Below, one piece after another: positions 49,193 to 59,548 of a stretch of DNA of 64,000 nucleotides (position 1 is its first letter; each line of letters begins with the position of its first letter). Location of the stretch: positions 64,001 through 128,000 of IMG/VR virus record IMGVR_UViG_3300020045_008999; one strand, 5' to 3'. Source of the stretch: a virus (Duplodnaviria > Heunggongvirae > Uroviricota > Caudoviricetes). The notes under the pieces were generated by a model, which was not told the DNA's origin, did not search any database, and saw nothing but the letters and a program-made list of their open reading frames with translations. Made by a program: the position numbers and the translations under genes.

Positions 49193-50236
49193 ATGCAGAA
49201 CTTAATAGATAAAGAAGAAAAAGATCGAATTGATTCCATATGTATGTATTATGGAATTGAAAAATATACAATAAATTCCGATGGTTCGGTTGATGTAAAT
49301 GGATCAATTGATTTATCCAATCGCTTCCTTAATATTTTACCGGTGAAATTTGGTAAAGTGTATGGGAATTTTCTCTGTCATAATAATGCGTTAATTTCAC
49401 TAGAGGGGGCACCACATACCGTTTATGGTAACTTTTATTGCTATAATAATTCATTGCCTACATTAGCCGGTTCACCAAAAACAGTGACTGGTTATTTTTA
49501 TTGTAACCGGAATAATCTAATCACATTGGAATGGGCACCCACCAGTGTAGGGGCTGATTTCATATGTAGTTCTAATGTATTAACATCCTTAAAAGGATCA
49601 CCACAAGTTGTGGGTGGAATTTTTTCATGCGAGAGTAATAAATTGACTTCATTAGTAGGTGCACCAAGTAAAGTTGGTAGTGATTTTGATTGTTCGTATA
49701 ATAAACTAATATCATTAGATGCATGTCCTAGTACGATTCCCGGCGATTTTTGCTGTCATGAAAATCTATTAACATCATTAATAGGGTGTCCTACAACCGT
49801 TGGTAACAATTTTCAGTGTGAATACAATGAATTAACTACATTAGAGGGGTCACCTACAGCTGTGGGTGGTGGTTTTTTTTGTAGAAATAATAGACTAACT
49901 ACCCTAGAGGGCTCGCCCAAACACATCTACGGGGATTTCGATTGTAAGAATAATCTTCTTAAATCATTAGTTGGTTGCCCAGCGCAAATCAACTCACACG
50001 CTTTTTTCAATGGCAATTCGATAAAATCAACATATTCGGGAGATACTGATATCGAAATAAGTTCTAGTGTTGAAACGAGTTCATACTACCTACCATACAT
50101 CATTATACATAATATTACACACATTAAAATAATATTAAAATACCAGAGACACTTTGAAATTTGGAATAATGATTTATCTTTGAATCATGAAAATTTCAAG
50201 GTATTACTGGATGAAATTAACGATGGTTTGGAATAA
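49193..50236 (+). CDS. LRR-like repeat family protein (longest copy)
   Basis: 347 aa; very regular 22-aa repeats between caps. Confidence 0.9.
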   Translation: MQNLIDKEEKDRIDSICMYYGIEKYTINSDGSVDVNGSIDLSNRFLNILPVKFGKVYGNFLCHNNALISLEGAPHTVYGNFYCYNNSLPTLAGSPKTVTGYFYCNRNNLITLEWAPTSVGADFICSSNVLTSLKGSPQVVGGIFSCESNKLTSLVGAPSKVGSDFDCSYNKLISLDACPSTIPGDFCCHENLLTSLIGCPTTVGNNFQCEYNELTTLEGSPTAVGGGFFCRNNRLTTLEGSPKHIYGDFDCKNNLLKSLVGCPAQINSHAFFNGNSIKSTYSGDTDIEISSSVETSSYYLPYIIIHNITHIKIILKYQRHFEIWNNDLSLNHENFKVLLDEINDGLE

Positions 50237-50246
50237 AAAATGGCTT

Positions 50247-50855
50247 ATGCGAAAATCAATTAATATGGTCGAAAATGAACGAATTGATTCAATTTGTGCT
50301 CAATATAAAATTACAAATTATACAATTAATCTAGATGGTACTATTGATATAGATGGTAGTGTTGATTTAAATAATAGAAATCTAACTAAACTACCATTGA
50401 GATTCGGCGTAGTATCTGGAAACTTTCTCTGCTGTCTAAATCAATTAACTACCTTGGTGGGTAGTCCGCGTACAGTTGGTGGTGATTTTTATTCATATAG
50501 TAATAAATTACTACAAAATTTAATAGGCAGTCCTGTTAGTGTCGGTGGTAAGTTTCGTTGTTCCTTTAGTGGATTAACGTCATTGGAGGGATCACCAGCT
50601 AATGTTGGTAAATTATATGATTGTATCAGTAATCCGAATTTAAATAATACATATTCCGGCGGTGTAGATATTGAAGTAGGTGGTGGTTTTAAATCAATCA
50701 ACACCAAATTACCACTACAAATTGTAAATAACATAAAGCATATAAAAACGATTTTAAAATATCAGAGATATTTTTCAATATGGAATGATGATCTATCATT
50801 AAATATTAATAATTTCAATGATTTAATTACTGATATCGAAGAGGGATTGGAATAA
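50247..50855 (+). CDS. LRR-like repeat family protein
   Basis: ATG 50247 (MRKSINMVENERID); repeats; C-cap. Confidence 0.9.
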   Translation: MRKSINMVENERIDSICAQYKITNYTINLDGTIDIDGSVDLNNRNLTKLPLRFGVVSGNFLCCLNQLTTLVGSPRTVGGDFYSYSNKLLQNLIGSPVSVGGKFRCSFSGLTSLEGSPANVGKLYDCISNPNLNNTYSGGVDIEVGGGFKSINTKLPLQIVNNIKHIKTILKYQRYFSIWNDDLSLNINNFNDLITDIEEGLE

Positions 50856-50872
50856 TTACTAAATACACATTT

Positions 50873-51352
50873 ATGAAAGAATTAAATGACAAAGATGTGA
50901 CCCGACAAATATTATTAGTATGCAAGCGAAACCAATTAAAAAAATATACGATTAATTTAGATAAGTCTGTGGATGTCGATGGTGATGTAGATTTAGCTGC
51001 TAGAGATTTGGATAAAATCCCATTAGTATTTGGCAAAGTCACTGGTAATTTTAATTGTTCATACAATATTTTAACTACGTTAGAAGGTTTGCCTCATACG
51101 TTGCATGGTACCATTTATTGTCATAGTAATGAATTAATATCAACATATTCTGGTGATGTTGATATTGATTTACGAGGTAATTTTAAATGTTCAAACAATA
51201 AAAAAATGCCGTTGCTGTTGATGCGAAACTTGACACATATTAAACTGATTTTAAAATATCAGAGATATTTTTCAATATGGAATGATGATCTCTCATTTAA
51301 TGAAGATAATTTTCAAATTTTATTGGACGAAATTAACGATGGATTGGAATGA
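50873..51352 (+). CDS. LRR-like repeat family protein (shortest copy)
   Basis: 159 aa; only one to two repeats between caps. Confidence 0.9.
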   Translation: MKELNDKDVTRQILLVCKRNQLKKYTINLDKSVDVDGDVDLAARDLDKIPLVFGKVTGNFNCSYNILTTLEGLPHTLHGTIYCHSNELISTYSGDVDIDLRGNFKCSNNKKMPLLLMRNLTHIKLILKYQRYFSIWNDDLSFNEDNFQILLDEINDGLE

Positions 51353-51380
51353 AAATTGACAAATTATAGATTAGTATTTA

Positions 51381-52046
51381 TTACATCAGACCGTCTTCAA
51401 TTTCATTTAATAATTCTTGGAAGTTTTCTTCGTTCAATGTTAAGTCATCATTCCATATAAAGAAATGCCTCTGGTATTTTAAAATTAATTTAATGTGTAC
51501 AATATTGTCTACAAATAGAACAGGCAAGCATTGACTATCGAAGTATCCTTCACCACTTATTTCTATATCTACATCCCCCGAATAAGTAGAAATTAACTTG
51601 TTATATGAGCAAATTAAATCACCGCCAATGGTAACCGGAGCACCCTCTAGGGTAGTTAATTGATTTTCGTCACAATAAAAACTACCACCCACAGCTGTAG
51701 GTGCCCCCACTAATGAAGTTAAACCATTGTACCCACATCTGAAATTCCCACCAACAGATGTAGGTGATCCTTCCAATGATGTCAACATATTAATACTACA
51801 ATAAAAATCACCACCAATTATAGTAGGTGATCCCTCTAATGAAGTCAAATCATTATCAAAACAATTAAAGTTACCGGTCATATTACCAAATCGCAATGGT
51901 AATTGTTTTAAGCGTTTATGTTCTAAATCAGCATCTCCCTCAACATCAACCGTCCCATCTTCATTAATGATGTAGTTATCTATCCACTGTCGTTTACATA
52001 TTAAATCAATGCGATTCTTTTCTTCTTTAGTAATTATATTATTCAT
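51381..52046 (-). CDS. LRR-like repeat family protein
   Basis: Family start MNNIITKEEK at 52046; repeats; C-cap. Confidence 0.9.
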   Translation of the reverse strand: MNNIITKEEKNRIDLICKRQWIDNYIINEDGTVDVEGDADLEHKRLKQLPLRFGNMTGNFNCFDNDLTSLEGSPTIIGGDFYCSINMLTSLEGSPTSVGGNFRCGYNGLTSLVGAPTAVGGSFYCDENQLTTLEGAPVTIGGDLICSYNKLISTYSGDVDIEISGEGYFDSQCLPVLFVDNIVHIKLILKYQRHFFIWNDDLTLNEENFQELLNEIEDGLM

Positions 52047-52108
52047 ACGATATATTCTTTTTACCCACATTCAGATATCTACTATTGGTATAATTTCACA
52101 GAATCATA

Positions 52109-52954
52109 TCAACTAATCCAAATTTGCGCATAGCAATAATCGGTTAAGGGACTTTCATTCAATGTACCATAATAATGCTCAAAGCGGGCAATAGTTCCAT
52201 CAACTGGAATTTGTATTATTTCCTTTTCTTCGGCAAATGTAGATTGACTCAAAACTGTTTGCGAGTCGGCCGCTTCCCAACGCCACATACTGAGTGAAAT
52301 ATCACCCATGTCATTATACCCTTTTAATAATTTGCGATATCGTTTACCTTCTTTTGTTTTATCTTCTAAGCAGTCTAAGTTACGGCCTAATATAATATGG
52401 TTCGTATTCTCATTATAATAAACATTTAAGCTCATGTTACCCATTTGTCCATAGGCAATTTGGTTATTTTCTAAATACCATTTGGTAATACGTTTTCGAT
52501 CTTGATAGTAGTTAATATTAAACTGACCATATTCCGGTTCCGGATTTATTTTTTCAGAGAAGTTATTTGTTAAGAACAATAGTCCACTAGGGATGGCAAA
52601 AGAACCAGTGGTTACCTCAGCAATATCATGATCGATTTCTAAATGATTGTATACCGGTGATTCATCACACCAATCATATCTATGGAATTTTATTGTCTTG
52701 ATTTCATCATCTATAAATATACCAACATCATTGATCAGGAAACATGGGATTTTAAAGCGGGTATATGGTAAATTACTCTTAGATAATTCACCAAGAAAAT
52801 ATTTCTCTTGATCATCATACCCAAGAAAGAACTGGCCGTAGTCTACTGTTAAATCACCGGATATTATTCGTTCGCGAATTTCATTGGTAGTTTGAATTTT
52901 TAAACCATGAAATAAACTTTTTGCTATTTTTAATATTTTATTTAAAGAGATCAT
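52109..52954 (-). CDS. hypothetical protein
   Basis: Likely start ATG 52954; 281 aa, no recognised motif. Confidence 0.75.
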   Translation of the reverse strand: MISLNKILKIAKSLFHGLKIQTTNEIRERIISGDLTVDYGQFFLGYDDQEKYFLGELSKSNLPYTRFKIPCFLINDVGIFIDDEIKTIKFHRYDWCDESPVYNHLEIDHDIAEVTTGSFAIPSGLLFLTNNFSEKINPEPEYGQFNINYYQDRKRITKWYLENNQIAYGQMGNMSLNVYYNENTNHIILGRNLDCLEDKTKEGKRYRKLLKGYNDMGDISLSMWRWEAADSQTVLSQSTFAEEKEIIQIPVDGTIARFEHYYGTLNESPLTDYCYAQIWIS

Positions 52955-53029
52955 AGTATAAGTGTTTAGTGTAATATGATTGTTAAGTATGAAATAATTA
53001 TTATACACTAATCTTATGTACCACATATC

Positions 53030-53231
53030 ATAGCGTTTAGAGAATCATCAAATTCACCTGATACCTGGACCAAGTGCTAATGGCAATTCAAACAATACTA
53101 TATCATGAATATCTACGAATCCAACCACATCGACTAAGCCAGTCGATGTAATGGTATAGATCTCAATATTATATTCTTGACATATTGAATCGCTGCGATC
53201 TTTTTTTCACTTTACGAATTAAGTTCCTCAT
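53030..53231 (-). pseudogene. LRR-family pseudogene fragment
   Basis: MRNLIRKVKK, +1 frameshift in A7 run (53201-53207), DRSDSICQEYNIEIYTITSTGLVDVVG..ELPLALG, second frameshift, QVSGEF; rest missing. Confidence 0.75.
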
Positions 53232-53270
53232 ATACTTGTATAAAATATACATAATATTTATCAATGTTGA

Positions 53271-53291
53271 TACAAATGTAGTACATTTGTA
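53271..53291. promoter_or_regulatory. perfect palindrome of two divergent TAnnTTTG boxes
   Basis: TACAAATGTA-G-TACATTTGTA. Confidence 0.65.
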
Positions 53292-53323
53292 TCCATAATA
53301 CAAAGTTAATATAGAAATAATGT

Positions 53324-53788
53324 ATGAATGTCAAATTATTAAGATCAATAAATATCGATTTATTATTAGATCAACATAACCCGATCATCGATAGGTTCAA
53401 TTCGATATGGGTCAATTTACATATTGTGGAAACTAATGTATATCACAAAAACGGCGGTGAATTAGTATATTTCAGGATAGATAAAATGGGGAAGAAAGAG
53501 TGGATTTTCTACCAAGATATGCTAATGAATAAATTTTGGTGCAATTATAATAGATATTGGGTTATTTTAAAAGCTGATTTTAACATAAACTACGATGAAA
53601 TTCAAATAATTACAAAATTATTAGTAAATAATGCAAATTGTAATTTAACAACACCTCCACCAAGTCACACATTAGATACACTTGGTGCAATAGACATCAT
53701 TATTAACAATATTGATGTACCAATACCAATTTTCATACAGCATGACGGATTTGTTAATGTGATAGATACTAAAATAAACGACATATAA
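53324..53788 (+). CDS. N-terminal RxxxIDLxL family protein
   Basis: LRSINIDLLLD..VYHKNGGELVY..EWIFYQD..FWCNY..YW. Confidence 0.8.
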   Translation: MNVKLLRSINIDLLLDQHNPIIDRFNSIWVNLHIVETNVYHKNGGELVYFRIDKMGKKEWIFYQDMLMNKFWCNYNRYWVILKADFNINYDEIQIITKLLVNNANCNLTTPPPSHTLDTLGAIDIIINNIDVPIPIFIQHDGFVNVIDTKINDI

Positions 53789-53847
53789 AATAATAGCATA
53801 ACCTTCGAGTAAACCAATTCACATTTAATTAATCGATAAATATCGCC

Positions 53848-54288
53848 ATGAGTACCATACTAATAAGAACTACACAGATTGATTTATTATTAGGCAATAC
53901 TAATCATGTAATTGATTATTTTAATTCATTGTGGGCCACATTACACATTATAGAAGTTGATGTATATCACAAAAGCGGCGGAGAATTTATATATTATACA
54001 TTAAACAAGCTTGGGAATAAAGAATGGATTTTTTACCAAGATGTCGCCGCAAGTCATTTTTGGTGCAATTATTCTAAATATTGGATCGTTTTTTGTGTAG
54101 AGTTCGATCTTACGTACACTGAAACCCAGACCATTACGAAAATATTAATAGATAATGCATTAAAAATTAGCGTAGAATCTCCTATTGCATTTGGTCTCAA
54201 TAATTATAATGTAATTATAAATTCCAATAACGCAACTGTACACGCCAGTCGAGCAAATTTATGGTCAGAGATTCATAATGTTATATAA
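53848..54288 (+). CDS. N-terminal RxxxIDLxL family protein
   Basis: IRTTQIDLLLG..VYHKSGGEFIYY..EWIFYQD..FWCNY..YW; close paralog of 53324..53788. Confidence 0.8.
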   Translation: MSTILIRTTQIDLLLGNTNHVIDYFNSLWATLHIIEVDVYHKSGGEFIYYTLNKLGNKEWIFYQDVAASHFWCNYSKYWIVFCVEFDLTYTETQTITKILIDNALKISVESPIAFGLNNYNVIINSNNATVHASRANLWSEIHNVI

Positions 54289-54302
54289 TTCTAAGTATTA
54301 CA

Positions 54303-55136
54303 TTATTCTAAACCATCTTTGATTTCGTCAAGTAATACTTGAAAATTCACATCATTCAATGAAAGATCGACATTCCAGATTTCAAAGTGTCGCTGATACT
54401 TCAAGATCAATTTAATATTCTCTATATTATCGATAATCAATTGCGGTAGATTATGCTCGCGGCAATTAAATTCACCGTTAAACTCTATATCAACATTTCC
54501 GGAATAAGTGGATATTATTCCATTTCCATGACAATAAAATGATTCACCCACTGTGCTCGGTGATCCATCTAGTGTAATTATTCGATTTTTAATACAAAGA
54601 AAACTACCACCAATTGTGTCCGGAGCACCCACCAACGAAGTTATTTCATTATGCGAACAAGAAAAATCACCACCAACCGAAACCGGGGATCCCTCTAGTG
54701 AAGTTAATTTATTATCAAAACACGTGAAGTCCCCAGTAACTGTACGTGGTGCACCCACCAACGAGGTTAAATTATTAGAATTGATATCAAATGAACCACC
54801 AATTGTATCCGGAAATCCTTTTAATGACGTTACATAATTATCATAACAATAAAAACCACCACCAACTGTAATAGGACCACCTTCAAGTGAAGTTAATTTA
54901 TTATATGATGCATAAAAATTACCACCTACAATACGTGGCGCACCAAATAAGTTGGTTAATATATTACCATTGCATATAAAGTTTCCACTAACCTTATTAA
55001 AAGTCAATGGCAAAGTTAGCAATTTCTCATATCTTAGATCTACATCCCCATCAACATCAATCGATCCGTCAGAATTTATTAAATAGTTGAAAATTTGGTA
55101 TTGATTACATACCGAAACAATTTGATATTTTTTCAC
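54303..55136 (-). CDS. LRR-like repeat family protein (GTG start or +1 frameshifted from ATG 55158)
   Basis: Repeats and C-cap intact; MNNLINK from ATG 55158 is out of frame by one base. Confidence 0.85.
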   Translation of the reverse strand: MKKYQIVSVCNQYQIFNYLINSDGSIDVDGDVDLRYEKLLTLPLTFNKVSGNFICNGNILTNLFGAPRIVGGNFYASYNKLTSLEGGPITVGGGFYCYDNYVTSLKGFPDTIGGSFDINSNNLTSLVGAPRTVTGDFTCFDNKLTSLEGSPVSVGGDFSCSHNEITSLVGAPDTIGGSFLCIKNRIITLDGSPSTVGESFYCHGNGIISTYSGNVDIEFNGEFNCREHNLPQLIIDNIENIKLILKYQRHFEIWNVDLSLNDVNFQVLLDEIKDGLE

Positions 55137-55271
55137 TTTTATTGATTAAATTATTCATCTATTATATTAATACAGAAGAGTTAAATGCATTCAGAAAGCA
55201 CACATAGAAGCACTAAAAAAAGTAAAGATAATTATTTCCAATCAATATACTATTGTAAAAGTGATAAAAAT

Positions 55272-55952
55272 TTAATCCAATGTAAATATAGATTCCAGCC
55301 CATCATTGATTTCTGCTATTAAATCATTGAAGTTTTCCACATTCAATGACAAATCAGGGTTCCATATATCAAAATATCGCTGGTATTTTAGAATCAATTT
55401 AATCTGGTCCATATTATCGATTATTAGTTGTGGTAGCATAGTATTTTTTAAATAGATATAACCAATTAAGTCTATATCAACATCACCGGAATATGTAGAA
55501 ATTAATTCACTGTTAGAACATTGCCAGTTATTAATTGTGCGTGGTGCTCCATCAAACGAAGTTAATTTATTTTCGAAACAAGAAAAGACACCACTAATTG
55601 TTGTTGGTGATCCCACTAATGAAGTCAGTTTATTATTAGAACAATAGAAATTTCTACCCACCTTTTCCGGAGCACCAAATAATGTAGTCAATTTGTTATA
55701 CCCACAAAGAAAACTACCACCAACCGTAGTCGGACCGCCGGCCAAAGTAGTTAATTCATTACCTGAACAATAAAAATCTCCGGTTACATTGTTGAATACT
55801 AGTGGGAACTCAGTTAAAATTCCACGAGATAAACTGACATTCCCGACAACATCAATTGATCCATCCGAATTTATTGAATAGTTTTGTATTTTATATTTTT
55901 TACAAATTTTATCAATTCGGTCTTTTTCTTCTTTGGTAATTAAATTTTTCAT
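55272..55952 (-). CDS. LRR-like repeat family protein
   Basis: N-cap, repeats, C-cap with short extension. Confidence 0.9.
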   Translation of the reverse strand: MKNLITKEEKDRIDKICKKYKIQNYSINSDGSIDVVGNVSLSRGILTEFPLVFNNVTGDFYCSGNELTTLAGGPTTVGGSFLCGYNKLTTLFGAPEKVGRNFYCSNNKLTSLVGSPTTISGVFSCFENKLTSFDGAPRTINNWQCSNSELISTYSGDVDIDLIGYIYLKNTMLPQLIIDNMDQIKLILKYQRYFDIWNPDLSLNVENFNDLIAEINDGLESIFTLD

Positions 55953-55976
55953 GAGTTAACGCAGTTTGTCTATATA

Positions 55977-56579
55977 TTATTCTAATCCATCTTTAATTTC
56001 ATCAAGTAATATTTGGAAATTTACACCATTCAAGGATAGATCATCATTCCAAATCTCAAAGTGTCGCTGATACTTCAGAATCAGTTTAATATGTTCAATA
56101 TTGTCCTTTAAGGATTGTGGTAGATTACGCAATGAATAGGAAAAGACCCCACCCAACTCCACATCAACATCACCTGAATAAGTAGTGGATAATTTATCAT
56201 CAATGCAAATTAAATCCTTACCTATTGTACCAGGTAAACCCACTAACGAAGTTAAAATATTGTACGAACAACTAAAATTACCACCCACTACAATCGGTGA
56301 GCCCTCTAATGACGTTAATCCATTCCAATGGCATAAAAAACTACCACCAACTGTTTTAGGTGCCCCGTGCAACGAAGCTAAATGGTTTGAGCTACAATAA
56401 AATCCCCCGCTCACATTACCAAATACCAATGGTATTTTTTTTAATTTCTTACTTTGTAAATTAACATCACCATCCACATCTATAGATCCATCGGGGTTAA
56501 TTGAATAGTTTACTATTTTATATTTATTACAAATTGAATCAACACGATCCTTTTCCTCTTTACTAATTAAGTTTTTCAT
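55977..56579 (-). CDS. LRR-like repeat family protein
   Basis: Family start MKNLISKEEK at 56579; TTTTATATATAG at 56584-56595 (-). Confidence 0.9.
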   Translation of the reverse strand: MKNLISKEEKDRVDSICNKYKIVNYSINPDGSIDVDGDVNLQSKKLKKIPLVFGNVSGGFYCSSNHLASLHGAPKTVGGSFLCHWNGLTSLEGSPIVVGGNFSCSYNILTSLVGLPGTIGKDLICIDDKLSTTYSGDVDVELGGVFSYSLRNLPQSLKDNIEHIKLILKYQRHFEIWNDDLSLNGVNFQILLDEIKDGLE

Positions 56580-56664
56580 ATTTCTATATATAAAATTTGG
56601 CATAATGTTAATGACGTTATAAATTTTTTTATATTTGTATTTTATAAAGCTAAATATATAAAAA

Positions 56665-57093
56665 ATGCTTCTTTCGAAAACCATAAAGACTATTTTAACA
56701 TCAATATTTGATATTGATTATGCAAATGACACAAATAAAATTGAATACTTTCGATTCAAAGACAAATCTATTAGTACCGATCAGTTTTATATGGGATATG
56801 ATATCGATTATCAGATAAAAAAACCGTATCTTCTAGTAGGTTATTATTTCGATAACCAACAATCTGGTGAAAGTCATCGCTTGTATTCACTTGAAATTAA
56901 TTACGATCATTTCTCAGATTTCACATATGGTAAAATAATAATGCAAAAAGACTATAAATTACCAATTACTGCATGTAAAATATTTTATGACTTAAACATA
57001 CTAGTATGCTATTATGACATGGGTATTGTTACCATTGCATATGATAGTAAAATGATAGCGAGAAATATTGCAATTGATGATATTTTACAATAA
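56665..57093 (+). CDS. DKSISxDxFY family protein with C-terminal tag
   Basis: FKDKSISTDQFY; ends IARNIAIDDILQ. Confidence 0.75.
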   Translation: MLLSKTIKTILTSIFDIDYANDTNKIEYFRFKDKSISTDQFYMGYDIDYQIKKPYLLVGYYFDNQQSGESHRLYSLEINYDHFSDFTYGKIIMQKDYKLPITACKIFYDLNILVCYYDMGIVTIAYDSKMIARNIAIDDILQ

Positions 57094-57137
57094 TTTCAAA
57101 GACATCGTATATCACTACCACCATCTAAATTCATTTA

Positions 57138-57602
57138 ATGATTCAACAAATTAAACCAGATATTAAATTGAGACAAATTATGAAGTCGGTAGAAAAAATA
57201 CGTAATGTGTTATCATTGATTTTTGACATTATGATGAGTGATGGTACTGATGGAATTGAATACCTTTATTTCAAGGACAAATCAATTAGTAGTGATCGTT
57301 TTTACATAACATACAAAACCGATAGCTATAAAAATAATGGACATGAAATTGACTATTGCTTTGATAATATGAAAAAGGGTGCAAAATCTCGGGACTATTC
57401 ATTAATAATTAATTGTAATAATCTTACCAATGACATAATAGGTGAAATAACTATGAATGATGATTATAAATTATCTATTACTGCCTGTAAATTCTTCTAT
57501 AGATTAAATATAAAAATTTGGTATTTTGAAGATAATGCTCTAATAGAATATGATGGCGCAATGATTCAGAGAAGTATTACTATTGATGATATTTTATTCT
57601 AG
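57138..57602 (+). CDS. DKSISxDxFY family protein with C-terminal tag
   Basis: FKDKSISSDRFY; ends IQRSITIDDILF. Confidence 0.75.
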   Translation: MIQQIKPDIKLRQIMKSVEKIRNVLSLIFDIMMSDGTDGIEYLYFKDKSISSDRFYITYKTDSYKNNGHEIDYCFDNMKKGAKSRDYSLIINCNNLTNDIIGEITMNDDYKLSITACKFFYRLNIKIWYFEDNALIEYDGAMIQRSITIDDILF

Positions 57603-58268
57603 ACCATCTTCAATTTCACCCATCAAATCTTTGAAGTTTTCAATATTTAAAGTTAGATCATCATTCCATATAACGAAATGACGTTGGTACTTCAATATTA
57701 ATGAAATCGTATCCGGATCACATGATAAAATCTCATTTGGTATTTTGCTATTTCTGTTAGTAAGCAAGCGGCCCTTTAATTCAATGTCTGTGTGACCGGA
57801 CATGGTGGTTGATAGTAGATGGTTTTGACTAACTTGTAAATTACCATTTATTGTTTCTGCACAACCCACAAGTGTTTGTATATGGGTATTATATGCGCTG
57901 TAATCACCATTCACATAACTCGGCCCACCTACCAAATCAGATAATGGATTTTGCTCACATAAAAAATCACGATGTATTTTATTAGGTGCAAAATTAATGG
58001 AAACTAGGGCATTATTTGCACAGTCAAAAGTACCACCTACATATTTTGGACAACCTAGTAACGAGGTCAGTGAATTATAATTACAATAAAAACTACCAGT
58101 TACATTATTGAAGCGTAGTGGAATCGCGAGCAACCCGTTGAGACTTATATTGACACTACCATTCACATCTAACGAACCATCCGCATTAATTAAATAGTTT
58201 TTGATGTTGTATTGTTCACATATGGTATCAATTCGATCCTTTTCCTTTTTGCTTATTAAGTTTTGCAT
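57594..58268 (-). CDS. LRR-like repeat family protein
   Basis: N-cap, repeats, C-cap; closest in pattern to 1357..2034. Confidence 0.9.
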   Translation of the reverse strand: MQNLISKKEKDRIDTICEQYNIKNYLINADGSLDVNGSVNISLNGLLAIPLRFNNVTGSFYCNYNSLTSLLGCPKYVGGTFDCANNALVSINFAPNKIHRDFLCEQNPLSDLVGGPSYVNGDYSAYNTHIQTLVGCAETINGNLQVSQNHLLSTTMSGHTDIELKGRLLTNRNSKIPNEILSCDPDTISLILKYQRHFVIWNDDLTLNIENFKDLMGEIEDGLE

Positions 58269-58377
58269 GTACTAGCTTGGGTTATTTACCTATATATAAA
58301 ATTCAGAAGGATATTAAAGTTAACAAAAATGTTCATTATATTTGTACCCGGTCTTGACGATATTAATAAATCTAAAT

Positions 58378-58815
58378 ATGGGTAATATGAATACAAATTA
58401 TAAAATATATGACGTGTTGACTATTATTTTTAATGTGGTAATCAATATTGATGAGGATACAATTGATTATATTCAGTTCACCGATAAATCTATTAGTTCC
58501 GATCGTTTTTATATTACATATGCAAAAACTGTTAAGGGAAAGATAGGTGATCTAGTTGATTGTACATTTGATAATAATAAAATCGGAGATGATAATCGCA
58601 ATTATTCCTTAGAAATTGTGTGTGATAATACTAACAGTTTCAAGTTTGGTGCATTAACAATGGGTGCAGATTATAAACTAACTGTTGATAATTGCCGTTT
58701 CTTCTATGCTTTAAATATATCAATTTCTTATTACAATGATGATATTTCCGATATAATTGAATATGATGAGGTAGCAATTAAGCGAAGTATTACAATCAAT
58801 AATATTTTACAATGA
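58378..58815 (+). CDS. DKSISxDxFY family protein with C-terminal tag
   Basis: FTDKSISSDRFY; ends IKRSITINNILQ. Confidence 0.75.
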   Translation: MGNMNTNYKIYDVLTIIFNVVINIDEDTIDYIQFTDKSISSDRFYITYAKTVKGKIGDLVDCTFDNNKIGDDNRNYSLEIVCDNTNSFKFGALTMGADYKLTVDNCRFFYALNISISYYNDDISDIIEYDEVAIKRSITINNILQ

Positions 58816-58832
58816 CACTATTATCGATGTAC

Positions 58833-59435
58833 CTATTCCAATCCATCTTTAATTTCATCCAGCAGCTCTTTGAAATTATCCTCATTCAATGTAAGGTCTT
58901 CATTCCAGATGTAAAAGTGTCGCTGATATTTTAGAATTAATTTAATATGTTCAATATTGTCCTTTAAGGATTGTGGGAGTTTATTTTGTCCTAAAAAAAT
59001 ATCACCAGTCACTTCAATATCAATATCACCAGAATAAGTACAAATTATATCAGTATTGGTACTGATATAATCACCACGTACTATACTAGGCGATCCTATT
59101 AATGAAGTTAAATTATTATGAGAGCATTTATAATCACCACCCACCTCATTCGGTGACCCCACCAATGATGTTAATTTATTATTAGAACAATTGAAGCCAC
59201 CATCCACAGTAACCGGTGCGCCATCTAATGATGTCAATGCATTTGTATAACAATAAAAATCACCACTCACTTTTCCAAATCGCAATGGTATTTTTGTGAA
59301 AGTTTGCCAAACCAGAGCTACTGACGCATAAACATCTAGCGTGCCATCCACATTGACAGAATATCCTATTATATTATATTTTTTACATATTGAATAAATT
59401 CGATCATTTTCTTCTTTGTTAATTAAGTTAGTCAT
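58833..59435 (-). CDS. LRR-like repeat family protein
   Basis: N-cap, repeats, C-cap; best in-window match to CRISPR spacer 4. Confidence 0.9.
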   Translation of the reverse strand: MTNLINKEENDRIYSICKKYNIIGYSVNVDGTLDVYASVALVWQTFTKIPLRFGKVSGDFYCYTNALTSLDGAPVTVDGGFNCSNNKLTSLVGSPNEVGGDYKCSHNNLTSLIGSPSIVRGDYISTNTDIICTYSGDIDIEVTGDIFLGQNKLPQSLKDNIEHIKLILKYQRHFYIWNEDLTLNEDNFKELLDEIKDGLE

Positions 59436-59548
59436 GACCTATATATAAAACCCGGTAGTTACTGAATGTTCCAGTATATGAATATTTAATAAAAAATGTG
59501 AGTGAATATAACAAATAAATTAGGATATAATCAAATCAATTTTTATGT

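Noticed and set aside
39810-59435. Stop-codon reassignment
   Set aside because: TAA, TAG (47045, 58833) and TGA (39810, 51352) all terminate paralogs at the same conserved C-terminal position, and coding density is high in code 11.
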